A DNA stretch of 62,957 nt, filler included, from Octopus bimaculoides (lineage: Eukaryota), in the NCBI RefSeq assembly GCF_001194135.2. It is 6 parts of 6 records of this genome, joined end to end, with 100 filler letters (N's around TTAATTAATTAA, not from the genome) between each part and the next. Parts side by side here need not be neighbours in the genome. Positions count along the whole stretch, not along the records: positions 49,603 to 53,550 come from NW_026438880.1; positions 53,651 to 61,013 come from NC_068999.1; positions 61,114 to 62,957 come from NC_069001.1; 3 more parts are not named here. One strand, 5' to 3'. The notes below the pieces were generated by a model, which saw nothing but the letters and a program-made list of their open reading frames with translations, was not told where the DNA came from and ran no database searches. Below, piece by piece: positions 51,966 to 62,957 of this stretch (the first letter of the stretch is position 1; the number at the start of each line of letters is the position of its first letter). Made by a program: the position numbers and the translations under genes.

Positions 51966-52912
51966 ATGAGTTAATAAGGAAACATCTTTTGATGAAGAAA
52001 GTGATGTAAGGGAAGTAAGAATCGGTGTCACAGTTGAGGCAGCACACCAACACTTCGTTGATAAATTGTTCAAAGTGTTAGTCTGATGGACAATTCCAGT
52101 AGGTGGGGAGGTCGCTGGCTGCCAGAGTAGGTTCCTCTCACCAAAGTAGACATTCCAACAATACACAGATGACCCTCAACTGCCTGAATAATAGTCACAC
52201 CTCTGTAGTGCGCTTTATTCCTATGGGAATCAAAGAGCTGCTTGAATTCTGCAACGTTTAACAATAAATACCATCAGATCTATCGATGGATACATGCTGC
52301 TGCCTTTGTATATATAATTGTATATACAAAGCGTAAATACAGGAAAACCCTCAAAGGACCTTGCTTCATTGTATCCATTCTCTAGTGTTCTAAGATTCAA
52401 CATTGTTATGACATTTCCACAAAACGTCAGAGCATATACATCGTATAAAAGAAGGCAGAATTCTTCATAGAATGGACTGGATGTATTTATTATCATGGCA
52501 CCAGCACTGTAAATGTTACCGTCTGTCATCTCATATGAACCTCTCTTCTACCACGTATCATTGTTAATTTAGAATAATATCTCCTGTCTTGAATAGGTCA
52601 CTGCTTGAAGTTGTGATGGTCGACATTCGAGATGGATCACCTTCTCTACCATGGAGAGGATGGAAGGGGACGGATTAGGGAATAACGTTTGTTACATAAT
52701 AATATAACTAAAAGTTATCATTGGAGACTGGATCAGGAAATGGTAATGGAGGATGGGGTTGGTTGGTATGAATTGTGATATAAGCAATGTCTGTTTCTCT
52801 CTCTTTTTCTCTGTCTATCTGTCTCTCTCTTACACACACAATTGCACATACCTACACACACACGTTCACACACACACACATACAAATATTCACAAAGAAT
52901 TTTAAAACTTAC

Positions 52913-53122
52913 CTTATCTAAAATGGCCATGGGCTCCACCTCAGAATCAAATGCATTTGTTTCTAAAGCCAGGTGCAGGCAATTATTGCCTTCATTGTCG
53001 ACAACATTTACATTCGCACCCCTGGCTATCACTTTCTGCATTATTCCGAGGTGACCCCTGGAGACGGCTTCAAGCAATGGTGTCCTATTTCTCTTGTTCC
53101 TGATTTCCAAATCTAATGAGTC
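52913..53122 (-). CDS. MIB2-like: Internal coding exon (210 nt, phase 0-0) of a Mind bomb-like ankyrin-repeat E3 ligase gene
   Basis: Translates DSLDLEIRNKRNRTPLLEAVSRGHLGIMQKVIARGANVNVVDNEGNNCLHLALETNAFDSEVEPMAILDK, with two ankyrin motifs (TPLLEAVSRGH, GNNCLHLAL). Acceptor ...cacaaag|GAC and donor AAG|gtaagt on the minus strand. Confidence 0.9.
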
Positions 53123-53550
53123 CTTTGTGGAGGTAAAAATAGAAAATGAAAATTTACATGAAAATCAGGGTTGATATCAATATCTCATTACTCTCTTCTA
53201 CTGGGTACTTGATCAAACTGATCAAATACATTTGATGTTTGTCAGTGAAATCAGACTTCCATATGATTCCTCTGTAAGTTGCTATGTGTATGTGTTTGGG
53301 GTCTGATAAACCTATTAAGATCTCGCAAACCGATTGTTGCAGCGTAATCTACCTTTGTCCCTCACTAGAGTAAATTTTAGGGTAGTTGCATATGAGTGAA
53401 CACAAGATTAGCAGATCAACTCTAGTAAAGAAGAATTATAATTTCTAAGGGACACTTTTAATGTTGCTATATTTATAAGGTGTCCATAAAACAGCTGAAG
53501 CACACACACACACACACACACATCAATGTTACACATATAAATATATATAA

Positions 53551-53650
53551 NNNNNNNNNNNNNNNNNNNNNNNNNNNNNNNNNNNNNNNNNNNNTTAATT
53601 AATTAANNNNNNNNNNNNNNNNNNNNNNNNNNNNNNNNNNNNNNNNNNNN
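53551..53650. other. Artificial contig join N44-TTAATTAATTAA-N44
   Basis: Same 100-bp block. Confidence 0.95.
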
Positions 53651-53685
<35 letters not shown>

Positions 53686-53714
53686 CATACTTATACATAT
53701 ACACATACACACAT

Positions 53715-53745
<31 letters not shown>

Positions 53746-54074
53746 TATAGACACACATACATATATATATATATAACATCGAAGTAACATATGCAATGTG
53801 CACACAAAGTCGAGTATTTGCCCTAAGATAACATCTCTTACTGACCTGCTGTATCTATAACACAAAAGCACACTGTAAGTTCACCAGAGATGTTATCTCT
53901 GGACAAATATACTGTAGCAACCGGCCTATTGACAGTGTGTGTTTACATTAAATATGATTGAGAGATAGCTATTTTAATTAAATACTGCTTCAATATCGTG
54001 TATCGGATATTTCATATTTCTTTGTTTTCAACCAGGGTTAAGTAATGTTGTCATTATGTATAAAACAAATGCGA

Positions 54075-54245
54075 CGAGGTAGCAGAATGGTTAACGCGCC
54101 AGACAAAATGGAGAACGGCATTTCTTCCGGCTCTAAATGTTCTGAGTTCAAATGTCGCCAAGGTCAGCTTTGCCTTTCACCTTAACGTGATCCATGAAAT
54201 AAAGTAACAGTTAAGTTCTGGGGTTGATGTAATCGACTTGTGTGG
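54075..54245 (+). mobile_element. SINE family A
   Basis: gcgacgaggtagcagaatggttaac...gttctgagttcaaatgtcgccaaggtc. Confidence 0.8.
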
Positions 54246-54292
54246 GATTTTCCAGGTCCAAATACTGAGAAAAAATGTGTGATGATAGGTTT

Positions 54293-54386
54293 TATTGTAG
54301 TAGTGTGGTACTATTATTGTAGTAGTGTGGTACTATTATTGTAGTAGTGTGGTACTATTATTGTAGTAGTGTGGTACTATTATTGT
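54293..54386. repeat. 22-bp minisatellite TATTGTAGTAGTGTGGTACTAT, about 4.3 copies
   Basis: Perfect tandem copies read directly. Confidence 0.95.
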
Positions 54387-55136
54387 CTCAGAAGAAACTG
54401 AAAGAAAAACCAGATTCTTTAAAATCCGTTGGATTCATTTCCAGCAATGGACTGATGCTTGAACTAAGCATCCTGTGGCCTACGATTGGCTACTGATGAC
54501 AAAACAATTGATTGGCTCACATTTACCTAAGCCTATACTTTCCAACATATGTGTAGCCTTGTGTTTGTTATAAAGACAGATGTAGAAAAATCCAAAAGGA
54601 TAAGGTGCCATAAAAATCCGGACTAATAGCAGAGACAATTTAGTTTGTCTCTCACTGTCACACAACAGAAGCGAAGAATTAAAAAAAAAAAAGAAAACAT
54701 GGTTGAAAAGACATCAATTTTTTTTACCTGTTTTCAATTTTTTCTTTTTTCTCCAGAAAGTGCTTACATACTGCGATTACTACCACTGCTACTTACGTAC
54801 ACACATGTGCACACTCAGCTGTTCAGGGATATTGAACTTGGAAACAACATGGTTGCAAAGCTATCTTTATTACCAGAAAAACTATTGACGCAACATCTGC
54901 AGGACCTACACATTCATTGCACAATATATTATATCAACACTAATCACTATTTGACCAATTTTATAAATTTGTAAGGTATTACCGTCATTCATTAAAAGAA
55001 TATATATATAGAATATATATATATATAGAGAGAGAGAGGAAAATCAAACCTTCAGTCTTCAATAATGGTAAGGTCTGAACTTGTTCATATTTGCTTAGAA
55101 GTGGCTTAACGCATATCTTCCCAAAACAATATATAC

Positions 55137-55235
<99 letters not shown>

Positions 55236-58200
55236 AACACGTAGGTCTACCTGTGCCAAGCGAAGGAAATAAGTTTTCTATGCAGTAAGTGGAAACATGG
55301 CTGAAACGTAAATGATTAGTACGACTTCCGGGTATGTGAATAACGGTCAGCTAGATTAGAATGGAATGATTTATTTGAAGAGATCCAACGAAAGAATGGT
55401 AGATCTAGAAATATTCAGGTTATTTGTAGTCGATGAGTTCAGTATTGATTCCATCCTATTGCTGAGTGATTTAATCGAGCGCCTGCTTTTCGAAGAACGC
55501 CATTTCCTTTCTTTCTTTCGGTTTTCCTAAGAATACACAAACACCGAATATTATTAAATAAATAAGATATGACTTAACAAACCATGAAAGATTTATATAG
55601 AATTAACATTATTACCGCATGGAATCATTTTTTGATTTAATCGTCTCTAAGCACAATCATACATTCGAGGTAAATATGAAATAACGAACACCGGAAGTTT
55701 GCGAGATATCGAACAATTTCATAGGGAGGTCACAGACGGTGAATTAAGCCCGTTCAAGTTGAAAGAGAGATTTTGATGTTTGTTCATGTGAATTCAATCA
55801 ATGGTTTTATAGCAGCATTAGTTGCCGCTATATACAAGACGCTTATCGACTGCAATCGCTAAACTTTTGTCTCAGTTGGTAGCGTCATCACCAGGAAAGT
55901 AGACCGTAGGCTAAAATAAATTTAATAGAAACTTGTATAGAACAAGGAAACATTGATATAAATTGATTCCAGCGGGAAGTAGATTCTTCCATTCAAAGCT
56001 AACATCTCCAATATTGACAACAAAGGCGATGTGTATATATANNNNNNNNNNNNNNNNNNNNNNNNNNNNNNNNNNNNNNNNNNNNNNNNNNNNNNNNNNN
56101 NNNNNNNNNNNNNNNNNNNNNNNNNNNNNNNNNNNNNNNNNNNNNNNNNNNNNNNNNNNNNNNNNNNNNNNNNNNNNNNNNNNNNNNNNNNNNNNNNNNN
56201 NNNNNNNNNNNNNNNNNNNNNNNNNNNNNNNNNNNNNNNNNNNNNNNNNNNNNNNNNNNNNNNNNNNNNNNNNNNNNNNNNNNNNNNNNNNNNNNNNNNN
56301 NNNNNNNNNNNNNNNNNNNNNNNNNNNNNNNNNNNNNNNNNNNNNNNNNNNNNNNNNNNNNNNNNNNNNNNNNNNNNNNNNNNNNNNNNNNNNNNNNNNN
56401 NNNNNNNNNNNNNNNNNNNNNNNNNNNNNNNNNNNNNNNNNNNNNNNNNNNNNNNNNNNNNNNNNNNNNNNNNNNNNNNNNNNNNNNNNNNNNNNNNNNN
56501 NNNNNNNNNNNNNNNNNNNNNNNNNNNNNNNNNNNNNNNNNNNNNNNNNNNNNNNNNNNNNNNNNNNNNNNNNNNNNNNNNNNNNNNNNNNNNNNNNNNN
56601 NNNNNNNNNNNNNNNNNNNNNNNNNNNNNNNNNNNNNNNNNNNNNNNNNNNNNNNNNNNNNNNNNNNNNNNNNNNNNNNNNNNNNNNNNNNNNNNNNNNN
56701 NNNNNNNNNNNNNNNNNNNNNNNNNNNNNNNNNNNNNNNNNNNNNNNNNNNNNNNNNNNNNNNNNNNNNNNNNNNNNNNNNNNNNNNNNNNNNNNNNNNN
56801 NNNNNNNNNNNNNNNNNNNNNNNNNNNNNNNNNNNNNNNNNNNNNNNNNNNNNNNNNNNNNNNNNNNNNNNNNNNNNNNNNNNNNNNNNNNNNNNNNNNN
56901 NNNNNNNNNNNNNNNNNNNNNNNNNNNNNNNNNNNNNNNNNNNNNNNNNNNNNNNNNNNNNNNNNNNNNNNNNNNNNNNNNNNNNNNNNNNNNNNNNNNN
57001 NNNNNNNTATATATATATATATATATGGCAAGTATTTGTCGTCGCAGATTTGTGTTTTGTGGTGTCATTTCGTTACAGTAAACTCCTCTTACTCGTGTCA
57101 CACACATTCATTCCACGAACGGTTTTTAAAGCCGACTTATTTTCACGTCGCTGGTCTCTGTCAATAGTTTTACGTCTGACGTTCAGGTTATCACAAGTTT
57201 TATATCTCTCGTTGGCTTATGTTACAAATGTCCTTCTTGTCAAACACCCACTTATTCTACGAATCCAGTTTTATGAACAAATGTGGCACTACTTTATATT
57301 TATGTGTGTGTTTACGCCTCAAGATTATTATTTATCTTATTTATCTTCGGACTATCCTCTTTCTTTTCCTCCTTCACCCTATTTCTCTTTCTCTCTTTCT
57401 TCCTTTTCTTTCTCTGCGTCTTTCTTCTTCGCATACGTGCTGTTTTCGCTATGTTAGCCCGAAGAGAAAGAGTCGTATGTTTTCGTGACCCAGGCAAGTT
57501 TTACTGGATTTGTTAGGTCGACGACGTAGTCAATGTTCAAGATAACGTTTGAGAAAACCGAGGTAATTGATGGTTTTCCAGGGAACCGAAATTCTGGCGG
57601 GAAGAAAAAACTCCTATGGCGTAGAATCTTAGGCAAGCATCGAGTCCATCCAAGTTTTAGAGAGTGAAACTGTATAGACGAAAGCTAAGGGAAAACATGT
57701 CGAGTTGATTGAAACTGTAATTTAATCCATTCGCATTTGAAATGACTATATATATATNNNNNNNNNNNNNNNNNNNNNNNNNNNNNNNNNNNNNNNNNNN
57801 NNNNNNNNNNNNNNNNNNNNNNNNNNNNNNNNNNNNNNNNNNNNNNNNNNNNNNNNNNNNNNNNNNNNNNNNNNNNNNNNNNNNNNNNNNNNNNNNNNNN
57901 NNNNNNNNNNNNNNNNNNNNNNNNNNNNNNNNNNNNNNNNNNNNNNNNNNNNNNNNNNNNNNNNNNNNNNNNNNNNNNNNNNNNNNNNNNNNNNNNNNNN
58001 NNNNNNNNNNNNNNNNNNNNNNNNNNNNNNNNNNNNNNNNNNNNNNNNNNNNNNNNNNNNNNNNNNNNNNNNNNNNNNNNNNNNNNNNNNNNNNNNNNNN
58101 NNNNNNNNNNNNNNNNNNNNNNNNNNNNNNNNNNNNNNNNNNNNNNNNNNNNNNNNNNNNNNNNNNNNNNNNNNNNNNNNNNNNNNNNNNNNNNNNNNNN

Positions 58201-58856
58201 NNNNNNNNNNNNNNNNNNNNNNNNNNNNNNNNNNNNNNNNNNNNNNNNNNNNNNNNNNNNNNNNNNNNNNNNNNNNNNNNNNNNNNNNNNNNNNNNNNNN
58301 NNNNNNNNNNNNNNNNNNNNNNNNNNNNNNNNNNNNNNNNNNNNNNNNNNNNNNNNNNNNNNNNNNNNNNNNNNNNNNNNNNNNNNNNNNNNNNNNNNNN
58401 NNNNNNNNNNNNNNNNNNNNNNNNNNNNNNNNNNNNNNNNNNNNNNNNNNNNNNNNNNNNNNNNNNNNNNNNNNNNNNNNNNNNNNNNNNNNNNNNNNNN
58501 NNNNNNNNNNNNNNNNNNTGTGTGTGTGTATATATATATATATATATGCACATACTTACACGACGCTCACGTAATCACCCCAGTTTGATCCTACCTGACT
58601 GAACTTCCTACTCTCTTGGATTCTCATTTCAACTACTACCCGAACTTTCGGTACCTCTCCTCATCCACATAAGCAGCACTCCACCCGTATCACTACTGGA
58701 TCTTCGTACTCTTTCGGACTCTACCACCATGGATCTTACTGGCTATTTTCGCCGATGGAAATCGCACCAATCTATCTAGACTTTTGAACTTTCTTAACTT
58801 TTGAACTTCATACAGTTTTTTTTCATCTTCTCTCCTCTTTTTTTTTACTCTTAATC

Positions 58857-58892
58857 CTTTTTGTCGAAGAGCGTAGGTTCGAAACGTAAAAG
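58857..58892 (+). ncRNA. Degenerate minimal hammerhead motif
   Basis: CTTT-TTGTCGA-A-GAGC(GTAG)GTTC-GAAACGTA-AAAG. Geometry is exact, but there are two core substitutions relative to CTGACGA. Confidence 0.45.
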
Positions 58893-59188
58893 ACATGTTC
58901 ATTCTTCCCTAGCGTTAAACTAATGCACCTGCTTCTTGTTCCTACATCTGTCTTCGTCTTTTTATATACATACATACATACATACATNNNNNNNNNNNNN
59001 NNNNNNNNNNNNNNNNNNNNNNNNNNNNNNNNNNNNNNNNNNNNNNNNNNNNNNNNNNNNNNNNNNNNNNNNNNNNNNNNNNNNNNNNNNNNNNNNNNNN
59101 NNNNNNNNNNNNNNNNNNNNNNNNNNNNNNNNNNNNNNNNNNNNNNNNNNNNNNNNNNNNNNNNNNNNNNNNNTATATATATACAGAC

Positions 59189-59271
<83 letters not shown>

Positions 59272-59915
59272 CCGAGCGTGTTTATGTACGCATGTATGTA
59301 CGCATGTATGTATGTATGTATGTATGTATGTATGTACGTACGCATCATCACGATTGGTTTGCGTCAAATCAATCACGGACGGGCTGTGAGGCTGCTGTTG
59401 GAAGACGGCAAGGAGCGGAAACGTTCGCCATGACTCCATCTACGAAGTCGTGATGTAATATAATGGGACGTGACGAGAGAGATCGGTGTGTAGAAGGGTG
59501 CAGATAAGGGGGGCGGGGGTAGGGTCGGAATCAATGCGAGAACGTGACAGAGTCAAAGGAATAAGCTAACTGGTTATTACAGAAAATAATTTATCTTTTC
59601 AAAAATAGAGCACCGTTAGAACCCTGTTTTCTCGACCTCACGCTCTTTCGCGTTCTTCTTCCCATATTCAATTATACACTTGCATGTATGCCTGTATGCA
59701 TGCATTCATGTATGTATGCATGTATGTATGTATGTATGTATGTTTGTATGTATGCATGCATGTATATACACACACTCACGCACATGTATCTTCGTACAGG
59801 CGTACGTATATATGTATGTGTACATATATATGTGCATGTGTGTATACATATATAAGCATATAAATATATGTTTATATATATATACATTTATGTATGTGTA
59901 TTACTGTATATGTGC

Positions 59916-59956
<41 letters not shown>

Positions 59957-60557
59957 TGATTTATATATACCTGTATATATATATGTACATACATATATAT
60001 ATATATATATCCATATATACTATATATATATATACATACACACACATACACACATACACACATGCATTAATACATATACATAAATGTGTGTGTGTGTGTT
60101 TTAGGTTTCTACTATGTGTATGTTTGTAAAATTACATATGTATACGCGTGTGTTTGTGCGATCTTCACGAAGATGCACATATGTGTGTGTATGTGTGCGT
60201 GTACATGTGCAATTGCGTATATGTGTGTGTGAGAGAGAGTGGGGACAGAGAGAGAGGGGACAAAGAGAGAGAGAGAGAGCGGTGGACAGAGAGAGGGACA
60301 AAGAGAGAAAGGGGGAGAGTGCAAATTTATTCATGGCGTCGCAATTACACAAGCAACCGTTGAAATATGCCCCGGTCTTATAATATTAACACATTGACCC
60401 TCATTAAACTGACCAGCAAATGAGGTCAGTTAAATATTTAGGAAGCATACTTTATTTTCCATTCCACTTTATTTTGATAAAGGACATAGGTTTGAAACGT
60501 CACTGATTTCTCTTCCAAAAGTTTTAATATCAATTTATTGCTATTATTTAACACATC

Positions 60558-60780
60558 GAAGGCAGCGAGCTGGCAGAATCGTTAGCATGCCGGGCAAAAT
60601 GCTTACCAGTATTTCGTCTGTCTTTTGCGTACTGAGTTCGAATTTAGCCGAGGTCGACTTTGCCTTTCATCCTTTCAAGGTCGATAAAATATGTAGCAGT
60701 CGAGTGCTGGGGTCGATGTGGTCGACCTTCCACCACTCATAAAACTGCTGGCCTTGTGCAAAAATTTCAAGTCATTATTT
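60558..60780 (+). mobile_element. SINE family A, near full length
   Basis: gaaggcagcgagctggcagaatcgttagc...gccgaggtcgactttgcctttcatcc. Confidence 0.9.
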
Positions 60781-61013
60781 AACACATTACACTCCCACCG
60801 CAAATCGACACATACCATCCATTTTGTTTCACGAAAACGCAAAGGACTTTGAATGGTATGAGGAATCAAAATACACGTGGTGAAGTTCATGCCTTTTCGA
60901 AAGAGATTATCTGTGGAGGAGGAATGAACCTGCTTCCACTTGAAATCGGAATTAGGTCACAGAGATTGGTGAGAATTTCCTTTTTGCTTCACTTTTCTCC
61001 TATTGCCATTTTT

Positions 61014-61113
61014 NNNNNNNNNNNNNNNNNNNNNNNNNNNNNNNNNNNNNNNNNNNNTTAATTAATTAANNNNNNNNNNNNNNNNNNNNNNNNNNNNNNN
61101 NNNNNNNNNNNNN
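61014..61113. other. Artificial contig join N44-TTAATTAATTAA-N44
   Basis: Same 100-bp block. Confidence 0.95.
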
Positions 61114-61150
<37 letters not shown>

Positions 61151-61679
61151 ATATAAATGTATATATTTGTATGTGTACAGATATGTATATTTTTATCTAT
61201 CTATATACACCCTTAAAAGAGATATAATGATCAAAGAAAAAATGTCGGAACCAATAATCATTAGTTTTGCACATCAAAAGTCATTGAAATATATTATTGA
61301 TCTATTGTTAACGAGGATCAAAGTTCTGAACGATAGGACAAGGGAGACAACCACACCCACACATCCAAGCACACACACACACACACACACACGCATACAC
61401 ACACACAACAAAACATAAATTATATTAATGGATGGCTACATACATACATATATATGTGTGCATATATATACATATGTGTCTGTATATATATATGTATATA
61501 TATATATATATGTATGTATATTATATTATATCGTATATATATGTATGTATATTATATTATATCGTATATATATATATATATGTATATAAACTTGTATACA
61601 TACGTGTATATTTTCGTATATGCATATACACATACATATATTTATATATACAGAAATAAATGCACATTCTCACGGGTAT

Positions 61680-61803
<124 letters not shown>

Positions 61804-62916
61804 CACATTTATATGTGCGTATGTATATATATATACGTATACAATGCTTTAAATAAGAAATTATTCGTATATTTAAATGAGTTATAATTCAAATCAATTT
61901 TATTTTGTTAAAACTATTACAGCAGGAAGAACGATAACCCTGTCTGGCATCCGTTCATTCTTCACATGTTTCTTTTATGTATTTTACGTATTTTTAACTT
62001 CTCTTTAAAGTTATTGTCCCTGTACTTGTATAGATAGATCAATTTCCTTCTCCTAGTGTACGTATGTGAGCGTGCGTCTCCTTCAGTTGCTGCGTTTTAT
62101 AGACGTTTGCGATATTTACGTTCACATATGTTTCTCTGTGAATGTGTCGTTGTTATATTTTGAAATGTTTTGCCTTGCTTTATTGCCCTTTGTTTCCTAT
62201 CACCGTTTAGTTTACTTGCTTTGAATTACTCTCGTTTAATATTAGCTTAAATATAATCGGGAGCGTCGTGGTAGCGAGACATGAAATTTTATAGAAGGTG
62301 GCAATATGGCTGTTTCATTTATATGTTTTATTCTGTTACTTATCGTCCCGTTCCGATTTCAATACCCTCCTAGGATACACTTCTGACTTTTCCTAAATTT
62401 GTTTTTATCAATAGATTTGATAAATATTCATGGATAAATATTACTGCATGCCACTTGAGTAGCTTCTGAAATAAGTTGATCGTCTTATATGAAACACAAT
62501 TCGCAATAATAATAATGAATGCAAAACTCAACACCAACCCGAAATGGTACATCTGATTGAGGATGGAAAGTTTAGGATAGTTGTATAACCATACATTTTC
62601 ATTAAGACCGCACAGAGTGGGACAAAACTATGAAAAGTATAGACTAGGTTGAAAGAGAAATTAATGAATCATAATATCAAATAGAAGGTTATAGTAAATG
62701 TTAAAAAATTAACAGTCTTAAAAAATTAAGAATGTTAGTGGAAATATACAAAATTATGAAATTTTCGTTAGATTATGAATAATCCTGGATTTAGTAGTAT
62801 GCGTAGCACAGTGTAATACAATTAAAAGATATCTGAACTACTACCATCGAGTTTGACTGCTATCCAATGATCGAGAGTAGAAAGACGAATTGAAGAACAG
62901 ATCAAAGAATTATCTA

Positions 62917-62957
<41 letters not shown>

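Noticed and set aside
52070-52680. Minus-strand frames in the MIB-like intron (FKTGDIIL.., GVTIIQAVEGHLCIV) faintly resembling Mib-repeat or ankyrin motifs
   Set aside because: Stops and frameshifts, wrong domain order, and phases incompatible with the clean phase-0 junction between the flanking exons.
54293-54386. CRISPR-like array
   Set aside because: Contiguous identical 22-bp units with no spacers, in a eukaryotic context.
57430-57500. Possible plus-strand first exon ending in a GC donor (CAG|GCAAGT)
   Set aside because: No downstream partner exon or promoter evidence. A single motif is insufficient.
62370-62552. Hydrophobic short ORFs near the window end as receptor fragments
   Set aside because: No recognisable family motif, and stops in the alternative frames.

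Overview
AT-rich, microsatellite-dense eukaryotic draft-assembly DNA. The tRNA-derived SINE families look like those of octopus, so this is most likely a coleoid cephalopod (inference). Almost every ORF in the supplied track is a microsatellite or N-gap artefact. Supported content: (1) two in-phase minus-strand exons (53122-52913, 50588-50413) encoding the C-terminal ankyrin region of a divergent Mind bomb (MIB1/MIB2)-like E3 ligase; (2) a TIR/TA-bounded mauritiana-type mariner with a decayed transposase (37505-38756), a DD41D/rosa-type transposase remnant and a related MITE; (3) two RTE-type LINE 3' fragments, a Penelope-like GIY-YIG fragment and dozens of SINE copies; (4) a 572-bp TIR element with an 8-bp TSD and a head-to-head (TAACCC)n/(TTAGGG)n palindrome at its centre. 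The most interesting unannotated signal is a set of eight type I hammerhead-ribozyme motifs from about five or six unrelated sequence families. Four of them sit one per arm in two long foldbacks (13368-13813, 49631-49964), and one lies next to a tRNA-like SINE head. Five 100-bp N44-TTAATTAATTAA-N44 blocks are artificial contig joins, so long-range contiguity is uncertain.
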